A stretch of DNA of 64,000 nucleotides from Cyanobium sp. E1_MAG_00006 (lineage in GTDB: Bacteria > Cyanobacteriota > Cyanobacteriia > PCC-6307 > Cyanobiaceae). Of this stretch, positions 8,251-16,005 are shown piece after piece. The translations under genes and the position numbers were made by a program. Each line of letters opens with the position of its first letter. The first letter of the stretch is position 1. The DNA lies in NCBI GenBank assembly GCA_027488975.1, contig JAIYAQ010000021.1, positions 12,455 through 76,454 on the forward strand, in the 5' to 3' direction. Under the pieces are notes generated by a model. It made no database searches, was not told the DNA's origin, and saw only the letters and a list, made by a program, of their open reading frames with translations.

Positions 8251-8682
8251 TCAGATGAAGTACATGGCCTGTGGTTGCCGCAGGGCATCACGCCGCTCGA
8301 TCAGCCGCTCCAGGCTGGTGCCCTCAAGGGCCTGCAGCCGGGCCCGATCCAGCTCGCCAGCAAAGGCGTGCAGCGCCTCGAACTCCGGCGTCTGTCGCCC
8401 AACGGCATCACGACTGGCGCCATCCCCTTCCAAGCAGCTCACAACCTCGGACACGAGGATCTCGCCAGGGGGTCGGGTGAGCTGATATCCACCCTTCGGA
8501 CCGCGGATACTGCGCAGAATCCCGCCGCGCCGAAGGCTGGTGAGCATCTGCTCCAGGTAGCGATCGGGAATGCCCTGGCGCGTGGCGATCTCGCCCACCT
8601 GCAGCACCCCGCCACTGCTGTAAAGGCCGGCCAGCTCGATCAGAGCCACCAGGCCGTATTTGGTCTTGGAGCTGAAGGCCAC
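8251..8682 (-). CDS. Rrf2-family regulator, CymR-like
   Basis: FSSKTKYGLVALIELA...EIATRQGIPDRYLEQML..LRRGG.LRSIRGPKGGY.L.RPP; no 3-Cys Fe-S motif; C-terminus ...QAMYFI; GTG start at 8682. Confidence 0.85.
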   Translation of the reverse strand: MAFSSKTKYGLVALIELAGLYSSGGVLQVGEIATRQGIPDRYLEQMLTSLRRGGILRSIRGPKGGYQLTRPPGEILVSEVVSCLEGDGASRDAVGRQTPEFEALHAFAGELDRARLQALEGTSLERLIERRDALRQPQAMYFI

Positions 8683-8831
8683 TGGCTTACCGGAGATTGA
8701 TCTCAGACCGGATTGTGACAGCGGGAGCAGGGCCCGAAGGAGGCACCCGACTTTTCCGATGATGTAAACGGGAATACGCTGCAAGGGCCCTTCAGATCCG
8801 TACCTTGCCCCGAGTATCCAATCGAATTTAC

Positions 8832-9878
8832 GTGGCATCCCTTTCCACCCTGTTGCCCCGCCGGCTCGGTGCGGGCCTGGCCCTCACCGCCCTGGCAGCG
8901 AGCAGCGGCTCGGTCCTGCTGGCCGCCCAGGCCCAGGCCCAGGCGAATAAGCAGCAGCAGATTCTGCTGGTGAGCTACGCCGTCACCAAGGCGGCCTACG
9001 ACAAGATCATTCCTCTCTTCCAGGCCGACTGGAAGAAGAAGACCGGTCAGACCGTGGTCATCAAGACCAGCTATGGCGGCTCCGGCTCCCAGACCCGCGC
9101 TGTGATCGATGGCCTTGAGGCCGATGTGGTCGGCCTGGCCATGGCCGCCGACGTCACCAAGATCGAGAAGGCCGGCCTGATCCAGCCCGGCTGGGCCGAA
9201 GAGCTGCCCAACGACTCGGTGGCGACCAACTCCACCGTGGCTTTCTTCGTGCGCCCGGGCAACCCCAAGAAGATCAACAGCTGGAAAGATCTCGACAACA
9301 AGGACGTTGACGTGGTCACCGCCAATCCCAAGACCTCCGGTGGCGCCCGCTGGAACTTCCTGGGCCTGTGGGGCTCAGTGACCGAGACCGGTGGTTCGGA
9401 AGCCGATGCCAGGAAGTACATCGCCTCGGTGCTGCGCAACGTGGATGTGCTGCCCAAGGACGCCCGCGAAGCCACCGACACCTTCGTGAAGCGGCGCAAG
9501 GGTGATGTGCTGCTGAACTGGGAGACCGAAGCGATCCTGGCCAAGAAGAACGGCGAGTGGACTGTTCCCTACAAGCTCCCCAGCCCCAACGTGCTGACAG
9601 AAATGCCGATCGCCGTGGTCGACAAGAACGTGGACAAGCGCGGCACCCGCAAGGTGAGCGAAGCGTTCGCCAGGTTCCTGTTCTCGCCTGCGGCCCAGAG
9701 GGCCTTCGTGGATAACGGCTTCCGCCCGGTGACACCGGAAGGCAAGAAGTATGCCGGCACCCGCTTCCAGCAGGTGAAGTTCTACCGGGTGGGCGATTTC
9801 GGTGGCTGGCCCGGGGTCGACCGGAAGTTCTTCGGCAAGGGCGGCGTCTGGGATCAGATCTTCTCCAAGAACCGCTGA
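8832..9878 (+). CDS. sbpA: sulfate-binding periplasmic protein (copy 1)
   Basis: LLVSYAVTKAAYD, SYGGSGSQTRAVIDGLEADVV, NPKTSGGARWNFL, NWETEA; AQA-type signal peptide; start uncertain. Confidence 0.92.
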   Translation: MASLSTLLPRRLGAGLALTALAASSGSVLLAAQAQAQANKQQQILLVSYAVTKAAYDKIIPLFQADWKKKTGQTVVIKTSYGGSGSQTRAVIDGLEADVVGLAMAADVTKIEKAGLIQPGWAEELPNDSVATNSTVAFFVRPGNPKKINSWKDLDNKDVDVVTANPKTSGGARWNFLGLWGSVTETGGSEADARKYIASVLRNVDVLPKDAREATDTFVKRRKGDVLLNWETEAILAKKNGEWTVPYKLPSPNVLTEMPIAVVDKNVDKRGTRKVSEAFARFLFSPAAQRAFVDNGFRPVTPEGKKYAGTRFQQVKFYRVGDFGGWPGVDRKFFGKGGVWDQIFSKNR

Positions 9879-9916
9879 TCCCCGACTCCGACGGAGGGAC
9901 ACCACACCAGAAGCCC

Positions 9917-9947
9917 AGGCCTCGGCGGTCTCCGCCGGGGCCTTTTT
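9917..9947 (+). terminator. Rho-independent terminator after sbpA
   Basis: 12-bp stem AGGCCTCGGCGG-TCT-CCGCCGGGGCCT (one G-U pair) followed by TTTT. Confidence 0.85.
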
Positions 9948-9972
9948 GCAGCAGAAGCTTTGCAGCAGAAGC
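9945..9972. repeat. 14-bp tandem duplication
   Basis: TTTGCAGCAGAAGC x2, exact. Confidence 0.85.
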
Positions 9973-10019
9973 ACCCGCCCGCCGCGGTAGGCTTATCTCT
10001 TGTTACACATCAGATTACC

Positions 10020-11093
10020 GTGGTATCCAGCCCCGCCGGTCGTGTCAGTCGGTTTGCATCAAGTGCTGTGCTGGCCTCCACCGCCTGCATCGCCCTTGCC
10101 GGCTTGACGGGCTGCGGCACGCCAAAGGCCACGACAGAAGCGGGGAATAGCAGCAGTTCCCCGCAGCAGCTCCTGCTGGTGAGCTACGCCGTCACCAAAG
10201 CGGCCTACGACCGCATCCTGCCCGCCTTCGAAGCGGACTGGAAGGCCAGAACGGGGCAGAGCGTGAGCGTGAAGACCAGTTACGGCGGCTCCGGCTCCCA
10301 GACCCGTGCCGTGATCGATGGACTGGAGGCCGATGTGGTGGGGCTTGCCCTGGGCGGCGATGTGCTGAAGCTCCAGAAGGCCGGCCTGATCGAGGCTGGC
10401 TGGGATAAAGAGCTGCCGCACGACTCCACCATCACCCACTCGGTGGTGGCCCTGATCACCCGCGAGGGCAATCCCAAGGGCATCCGAACCTGGAAGGATC
10501 TCGGCAAGGCAGGCGTTTCGGTGGTGACGGCCAACCCCAAGACCTCCGGTGGCGCCCGCTGGAATTTCCTGGCGCTGTGGGGATCAGCCAGCCGTGATGG
10601 CGGCAGTGAGGCTCAGGCCCGTGCCTTTGTGGGCCAGGTGTACGGCAATGTTGAGAGCCTGCCGCGGGATGCACGCGAGGCTTCGGATGTGTTCCTCAAG
10701 CGCGGCCAGGGGGATGTGCTGATGAACTACGAGAACGAGGCGATCCAGGCGCGCAAGAGCGGCGAGCTGACGCAATCCTTCCTGGTGCCGGAGCAGAACA
10801 TCCGCATCGATGCCCCGATCGCCGTGGTGGACAGGAATGTGGACAAGCACGGCACCCGCAAGGCCGCCGAAGCGCTGGCGACGTTCCTGCAGAGTGAGAA
10901 GGCTCAGACCATCTTCGCGGAGGAGGGATTCCGGCCGGTGAACGAGACCGTGTGGACCAAGGTCAAGGATCGTTTCGCTCCGGTGCCGCGGCTGTTCAGC
11001 GTGGCCGATTTCGGTGGCTGGGAGAAGGTCAACGCCACCTTCTTCGGCGACGGCGGCCTCTGGGATCAACTGTTCCGCCAGCGCCGGGGCTGA
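10020..11093 (+). CDS. sbp: sulfate/thiosulfate-binding lipoprotein (Sbp copy 2)
   Basis: same Sbp motifs as copy 1; lipobox LAGLTG-C; NYENEA; start uncertain. Confidence 0.9.
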   Translation: MVSSPAGRVSRFASSAVLASTACIALAGLTGCGTPKATTEAGNSSSSPQQLLLVSYAVTKAAYDRILPAFEADWKARTGQSVSVKTSYGGSGSQTRAVIDGLEADVVGLALGGDVLKLQKAGLIEAGWDKELPHDSTITHSVVALITREGNPKGIRTWKDLGKAGVSVVTANPKTSGGARWNFLALWGSASRDGGSEAQARAFVGQVYGNVESLPRDAREASDVFLKRGQGDVLMNYENEAIQARKSGELTQSFLVPEQNIRIDAPIAVVDRNVDKHGTRKAAEALATFLQSEKAQTIFAEEGFRPVNETVWTKVKDRFAPVPRLFSVADFGGWEKVNATFFGDGGLWDQLFRQRRG

Positions 11094-11899
11094 TGTGTGA
11101 ACTGCTGGCCCTCAGCGCCAATACCCCCACAGACATGCGCTTCTCCTTCCGCGGCCTGGCGCGGCGCGGCGGCGCGACGGGGGACCATGGCGACGGCTGG
11201 GGGCTGGCCAGCTTCGACCCCCAGGGGGGTGGGCTGAACATCTATCGCGAGCAGACACCCGCCGCCTTCTCACCGGTGGCGGCCCATCTCTCCGAACTGG
11301 ACCTGAAATCACTCGTGTCGCTGGCGCACATCCGCAAAGCCACCCAGGGCGTGGTGACCCTGGAGAACTGCCATCCCTTCCATCGCCAGTGGCTGGGTCA
11401 GGACTGGGTGTTCGCCCACAACGGCGACATCCGCACCGACATTCCCGGGGGCGATCACTACCGCCCGATCGGCGACACCGACAGCGAAGCCGCCTTCTGC
11501 TGGATGCTCAACCAGCTCAGCGAGCGATTCACTGCGCCGACAGCAGCTCCGCCCGATGGACATGCCCTGTTCCCGCTGCTGAACACCTACTCAGCGCACC
11601 TCGCCGGCCATGGCATCTTCAACTGCCTGATCAGCAACGGTGAGTGGCTCTACGCCTATTGCGGCACCAAGCTGCACACGATCACCCGCCGGGCGCCATT
11701 CACCTCGGCCACCCTGGCGGATGACGATGTGACGGTGGACTTCTCGACGCTGACCACCATTCGTGACGTGGTGACGATCGTGAGCACCGAGCCGCTCACC
11801 AGCAATGAAGCCTGGCGCCCGCTCGATGTGGGTGAGGCCCTGCTGCTGCAGCGCGGTGAGGTGGTGGAACGGCGTCTGGCCCCTCAGAGCGGGCTCTGA
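11093..11899 (+). CDS. class II glutamine amidotransferase (YafJ-like Ntn hydrolase)
   Basis: starts MCELL (Cys2 nucleophile), DHGDGWG, AHIRKATQG, NCHPF, FAHNG, GDTDSE; TGATG overlap with the sbp2 stop. Confidence 0.9.
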   Translation: MCELLALSANTPTDMRFSFRGLARRGGATGDHGDGWGLASFDPQGGGLNIYREQTPAAFSPVAAHLSELDLKSLVSLAHIRKATQGVVTLENCHPFHRQWLGQDWVFAHNGDIRTDIPGGDHYRPIGDTDSEAAFCWMLNQLSERFTAPTAAPPDGHALFPLLNTYSAHLAGHGIFNCLISNGEWLYAYCGTKLHTITRRAPFTSATLADDDVTVDFSTLTTIRDVVTIVSTEPLTSNEAWRPLDVGEALLLQRGEVVERRLAPQSGL

Positions 11900-11967
11900 C
11901 CCTGGAGACCGGCCAGACCACCCCGCAGGACGTACGCATCGCGATGGCCGAGCCTCAAAGCGAGAGC

Positions 11968-12144
11968 TCAGGGCTCAAGAGGTGGCGTCTGCTGACTGAT
12001 CATCCAGTTTGTGGCCGCCTGCTGGGTGTGCCAGGCCTGGAGCAACTGCTTGGCCAGGCTGCGCAGGGCATCGGCGTCGGCAGTGGCCTCGATGGCCCGG
12101 TTGAAGCGCTCGATTTCGAAGTGCTGGCTGAGGCTCAGTTCCAT
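11968..12144 (-). CDS. nblA: NblA-like phycobilisome degradation adaptor
   Basis: MELSLSQHFEIERF...LAKQLLQAW..QQAATNWMI aligns by eye with NblA LSLEQQF.I..F...L..L..Q....A....; 58 aa, two helices. Confidence 0.6.
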   Translation of the reverse strand: MELSLSQHFEIERFNRAIEATADADALRSLAKQLLQAWHTQQAATNWMISQQTPPLEP

Positions 12145-12180
12145 GTCCGCTTGCATCCGAATACTCCCTTGACTGGCGGG

Positions 12181-12221
12181 AATGTATCGGGATGGCACTT
12201 TGCTGGCGTAGCGATCAGCAC
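12181..12221 (-). promoter_or_regulatory. putative NtcA-activated (class II) promoter of the nblA-like gene
   Basis: minus strand reads GTG-N8-TAC (12221-12208), 21 nt, then TACATT (TAN3T, 12186-12181). Confidence 0.55.
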
Positions 12222-12313
12222 CAACCCACAGCCCTGTTCCTGTTTCGGGTTATGACAACGGCCACGCTCATCAGCGCTGCAAATCAGAATCATCAGCGAT
12301 CTGGAGTGGTTGC

Positions 12314-12478
12314 ATGCGCCTGAGCTGGCCCCAGCACCTGCTGACCGCCCGGACCCTCGAGCTGAGCGGCCCTGAGGAGCGCGGCATGGCCCTGGCCCTG
12401 ATGGGCATGGCGCTGCTGCTGCTCTCTCAGGACCTGCTCGACCTGGAAGCCGGTCATCCCAGCGCCGAGGAGCACTGA
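12314..12478 (+). CDS. 54-aa hypothetical protein (not in ORF track)
   Basis: MRLSWPQHLLTARTLELSGPEERGMALALMGMALLLLSQDLLDLEAGHPSAEEH*; GC3-rich; convergent with hsp20. Confidence 0.5.
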   Translation: MRLSWPQHLLTARTLELSGPEERGMALALMGMALLLLSQDLLDLEAGHPSAEEH

Positions 12479-12481
12479 GCC

Positions 12482-12919
12482 TCAGGCCTCCACCTGCACG
12501 CTTACCGTGGTGGCGGTGTTGGCTTTGGGAGCCGTCACCGTGAGCAGGCCATCGCGATAGCGGGCCTGCAGCTGATCACGATCAATCGGAGCCGGGAAGC
12601 GGAAGCTGCGGCTCCAGGTGCCGTAGCGGAACTCGCTCACCAAGGGGCGAGCCCCAACGTCGCTGGCGTCGGCCGCGGCCTCTTCAGGCTGGCTGCGCTG
12701 GTTGCGGCGCTCGGCGCTGATCACCAGGGTGCGGTCGGTGGCCTTGACATCGATGGCGCCCTTGTCGACGCCGGGGAGCTCCAGCACCACCGCGTAAGCC
12801 TCGGCAGTTTCATGCACTTCAGCGGCGGGCACCCGCTCGGCGGTCTGCAGCTGCTGGCTCAGTTGCTGCTCGATGCGATCGAACAGTTCAAACGGAGAGG
12901 AGGTGCGCAGGGTCAACAT
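12482..12919 (-). CDS. hspA: Hsp20/alpha-crystallin small heat-shock protein
   Basis: PAAEVHET..AY.V.LELPGV...IDV....L.ISAERR...SEFRYG.WSRSF.FP...D......YRDGLL.V..PK. Confidence 0.9.
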   Translation of the reverse strand: MLTLRTSSPFELFDRIEQQLSQQLQTAERVPAAEVHETAEAYAVVLELPGVDKGAIDVKATDRTLVISAERRNQRSQPEEAAADASDVGARPLVSEFRYGTWSRSFRFPAPIDRDQLQARYRDGLLTVTAPKANTATTVSVQVEA

Positions 12920-13156
12920 GGTTTGCATGGCGAAGGATGGATGTCGGGGTCGTCGTTCGCCCCCGCTGCAGCCATGCTCAGCCGGCTATCCCGGGGCGGG
13001 GATCGTGGCAGCCGTACCGATCGTTTCGGCCCTCACCACCGCGGTACGGCAGACCGATCCAAAGGGTGAGGGCAGCCGAATCAACCCAGTAGCCACACCG
13101 CTGAACCGTGGCCAGGGTGAGGGCCACCCCCACACCCGCCTCCGCGGCCACCGCCC

Positions 13157-14008
13157 GTGATTCCTCCCCAGAAGCAGATGACCGGCATGCTCGGGCACCC
13201 CGTGGCCGAGAACCCGATCGATCGCATGTTCGATTCGGTGTATGCCCACTACGGCCTCAACTGGCAGTTCTGGAAGAACGACATCGCCAACGAGGCCGAC
13301 CTGGCCAAGGCGGTGGCAGCCCTGATCCCGCTCGGTTACAGCGGCGCCTGCATCACCGTGCCCTACAAGGTGGCCGTGATCCCGCTGCTGGATGCCGTCG
13401 ACGACGACGTGCGCGCCATCGGTGCCGCCAACTACATGACGATCGAGAACGGTCGGCTGATTGGCCACAACAACGATGGCAAGGGTGTGGTGAAGGCGAT
13501 CGAGAAGCTGGTGCCCCTGAAAGGGCAGCACGTGGTGATGCTCGGCGCCGGCGGCGCCGGCCGGGCCATGGCCGTGGAGATCGCCTGGGCCGGTGCCGCC
13601 GCCATGACGCTGGTGACCCGCCGCGAAGCCCAGGGCCGCGAGGTGGCGGAGCTGGTGCAACGCGCCAGCGGCGTGCCCTGCCACTGGCAGGCGTGGGACG
13701 GCGAGGTGAGCGTGCCGGCCGGCACCACCCTGCTGATGAACGCCACCCACCTGGGCTGCGCGCCGGAGCTGGAGCCGGTGCCGATCCGCTGGGACACGGT
13801 GGATCCCGGCTGCACCGCCGTGGACGTGATCACCAACCCACGCCTCACACCCTTCCTGCTCACCGCCCGCGAGCGCGGCTGTGGCATCGTCAACGGCGTG
13901 GAGATGCTGGTGCAGCTGGCGATGCAGATCTTCCAGTGCTGGACAGGCATCGAGCCCGATGAGGCCGTGTTCCAGACGGCCGTGGCCAACGCGCTCGGGG
14001 AGGGCTGA
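13157..14008 (+). CDS. shikimate dehydrogenase-family protein (atypical AroE paralog)
   Basis: ITVPYK, IGAANY, HNNDG, LGAGGAGRA, NAT.LG, G.EMLV.A; N-terminal SxSP motif replaced by ENPIDRMFD. Confidence 0.85.
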   Translation: MIPPQKQMTGMLGHPVAENPIDRMFDSVYAHYGLNWQFWKNDIANEADLAKAVAALIPLGYSGACITVPYKVAVIPLLDAVDDDVRAIGAANYMTIENGRLIGHNNDGKGVVKAIEKLVPLKGQHVVMLGAGGAGRAMAVEIAWAGAAAMTLVTRREAQGREVAELVQRASGVPCHWQAWDGEVSVPAGTTLLMNATHLGCAPELEPVPIRWDTVDPGCTAVDVITNPRLTPFLLTARERGCGIVNGVEMLVQLAMQIFQCWTGIEPDEAVFQTAVANALGEG

Positions 14009-14190
14009 TGGTCGCCGGCCTCAGCGACGCCGACCTGGCCCATCTCGCCCGCTGCGCCTGGCAACGGCAGCAGGGTGCCCTCGATCGCGACCGCGCCCAG
14101 CGCGAATTCACCACCGTGGCGCTCTGGAACGCGGCTGGCTGCCGGCGCGCAAGCGGTAGTGGTCCGAGCCAAACCTGTGGCCTGGCGTGA
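14008..14190 (+). CDS. hypothetical protein
   Basis: 60-aa ORF, TGATG-coupled to the aroE-like gene. Confidence 0.4.
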   Translation: MVAGLSDADLAHLARCAWQRQQGALDRDRAQREFTTVALWNAAGCRRASGSGPSQTCGLA

Positions 14191-14222
14191 GAGCCGAAAC
14201 CGGAGCCCTCAGCTCTGAGCCC

Positions 14223-14432
14223 TCACTCCTCAGGCTTGAGGAAGCGGCCCGCCAGACGCACGGCCAGCACCACGGCCGCCACGCCGTAGGAGGCGAAGGT
14301 GATGGTCTGGCCGGCGGTGCCGCTGGCATAGGCGCCGCGCTCCAGCAGCACCGCATCGGCGATCGAGGCCGCCGTGCCCCAGAGCAGCACCCAGACGCTC
14401 ACGTAGGCGACACCCTTCAACGTGCGATCCAT
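14223..14432 (-). CDS. small two-TM membrane protein
   Basis: MDRTLKGVAYVSVWVLLWGTAAS...FASYGVAAVVLAVRL. Confidence 0.7.
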   Translation of the reverse strand: MDRTLKGVAYVSVWVLLWGTAASIADAVLLERGAYASGTAGQTITFASYGVAAVVLAVRLAGRFLKPEE

Positions 14433-14528
14433 GGGCGGGGGCTGAGGCGGCCGCAACCCTAAGCCGCGTCAGCCGCAAGGAGCGCCGCGCCAGACTCACG
14501 GCCCTGCAACGGCCTCTGCCATCCCCTG

Positions 14529-15194
14529 ATGACCCGCACCATCGCCATCAGCGGCGCCTCCGGCAAGACCGGCTACCGCATCGCCGAGGAGGTGCTGGCC
14601 GCCGGCGACCGGCCGCGGCTGCTGCTGCGGCCCAACTCCGTGGTGCCCGCCAGCCTGGCGGGCTGCGAGCAGCACCGCCTCGATCTGGCCGATGCCGCGG
14701 CCCTCGATGCCGCCCTGCAAGGCGCCGATGCCCTGGTGATCGCCACCGGCGCCCGCCCCTCGGTCGACCTCACCGGTCCGATGCGCGTCGATGCCTGGGG
14801 GGTGCAGCGCCAGGTGGCGAGCTGCCAGCGGCTGGGGCTGCGGCGCGTGCTGCTGGTGAGCTCCCTCTGCGCCGGCCGCTGGCAGCACCCGCTCAACCTG
14901 TTCGGCCTGATCCTGGTGTGGAAGCGCATCGGCGAACGGGCCCTGGAAACCAGCGGACTCGACTGGACCGTGATCCGCCCCGGCGGCCTCTCGGAACGGG
15001 AGCAGGGCCTGGAGCAGGAGGGCATCCGCTGGAGCGGCCCCGATAGCCAGGAGAGCGATTCGATCCCGCGCCGCCTGGTGGCCCGCTGCTGCCTCGAGGC
15101 CCTGAACACTCCCGCCGCGATCGGCCGGATCCTGGAGATCACCAGTGCGCCGAAGCTGCCGCTGGTGCGGCTGGAGGCGGTGCTGGCGGGCTGA
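14529..15194 (+). CDS. NAD(P)-binding atypical SDR (NmrA/Ycf39-like)
   Basis: GASGKTG, LVSSLCAG, LILVWK, GLDWTVIRPGGL, SIPR.LVA. Confidence 0.85.
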   Translation: MTRTIAISGASGKTGYRIAEEVLAAGDRPRLLLRPNSVVPASLAGCEQHRLDLADAAALDAALQGADALVIATGARPSVDLTGPMRVDAWGVQRQVASCQRLGLRRVLLVSSLCAGRWQHPLNLFGLILVWKRIGERALETSGLDWTVIRPGGLSEREQGLEQEGIRWSGPDSQESDSIPRRLVARCCLEALNTPAAIGRILEITSAPKLPLVRLEAVLAG

Positions 15195-15220
15195 CCTCGC
15201 CGCACCGGCCGGGCCCGCTT

Positions 15221-15859
15221 TCAGGGCAGCAGCGCAGCCATGAACGCATCCATGCGCTCCACAGCCAGCGCCCAGTTCTCGGCCTCGCTGCGGCCGGAGC
15301 TCACGGTGGGCTTGAAACTGTGGTCGCCGGCGTTGATCCACTCCAGCTGGATCGCCGTTGCGAGGGCATACGTCTCCACCTCGGTGCGCTTGCCGAAGCT
15401 GTCGCGCTCGCCCTGCAGGATCAGCGTGGGGGTGGCCAGGCCCGCCAGGTGCTCGGTGCGCAGCTGCTGCGGTTTGCCGGGGGGATGGAAGGGATAGCCG
15501 AGGCAGATGCAGCCGCGCACCCCCGCCGAGGCCGCCAGCTCATCCACCAGCAGGCTGGCGATGCGCCCACCCATCGACTTGCCACCGATCAGCAGCGGCG
15601 CGCCCGCTCCCGCCATCGCCAGCTGCTCGCGGAACGCCTCCTGCAGTTTCGGCAGCCGGTCGGGGGCACTGCCGCGGCCGCTGAGGCGCCGCTTGGCCAT
15701 GTAAGGGAACTCGAAGCGCAACACCTGCCAGCCGCGGGCCGCCAGCCCCGTGGCCATCGCCGCCATGAACGGGCTGTCCATCGGCGCGCCGGCGCCATGG
15801 GCCAGCAGCAGGCGCAGGGGCGCGTCAGCAGGGCCGTCGATCAGACCGGAGAACGCCAC
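15221..15859 (-). CDS. alpha/beta hydrolase (KANL3/Tex30-like)
   Basis: LAHGAGAPMDS, FEFPYM, GGKSMGGR nucleophile elbow, LGYPFHPPGK, QGERD.FG, GDHS. Confidence 0.85.
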   Translation of the reverse strand: MAFSGLIDGPADAPLRLLLAHGAGAPMDSPFMAAMATGLAARGWQVLRFEFPYMAKRRLSGRGSAPDRLPKLQEAFREQLAMAGAGAPLLIGGKSMGGRIASLLVDELAASAGVRGCICLGYPFHPPGKPQQLRTEHLAGLATPTLILQGERDSFGKRTEVETYALATAIQLEWINAGDHSFKPTVSSGRSEAENWALAVERMDAFMAALLP

Positions 15860-15897
15860 TGACCGTCAGTCCGTTGCCACGAACGAACGTAGTGCTG

Positions 15898-15966
15898 ATG
15901 CGCGCCGCCCTGAACACCAACCTGCTGGTGCACGCCGACCCGCTGCTGACACAGTTGCTGCACTGA
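15898..15966 (+). pseudogene. possible remnant of a PIN/VapC toxin N-terminus
   Basis: 22-codon ORF MRAALNTNLLVHADPLLTQLLH*, resembling the PIN start M.A.LDTN.LV.A. Confidence 0.3.
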
Positions 15967-16005
15967 CCTTCAAGCCGTCAGCTCCAGGTCGTCCGCCTCA
16001 GCCGC

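Noticed and set aside
10002-10019. GTTACA...ATTACC as an RpaB HLR1 site upstream of sbp2
   Set aside because: The half-sites are 12 bp apart and the second is degenerate; this does not fit the HLR1 direct-repeat spacing.
12293-12475. 60-aa minus-strand ORF in the track
   Set aside because: The overlapping plus-strand ORF 12314-12478 has better codon bias and a more protein-like sequence.
13064-13125. AGGGTGAGGGC twice upstream of hsp20/aroE-like; AGACCAGCTC twice at about 53884-53908
   Set aside because: Short two-copy repeats in GC-rich DNA; no match to CIRCE or other known operators; could be chance.
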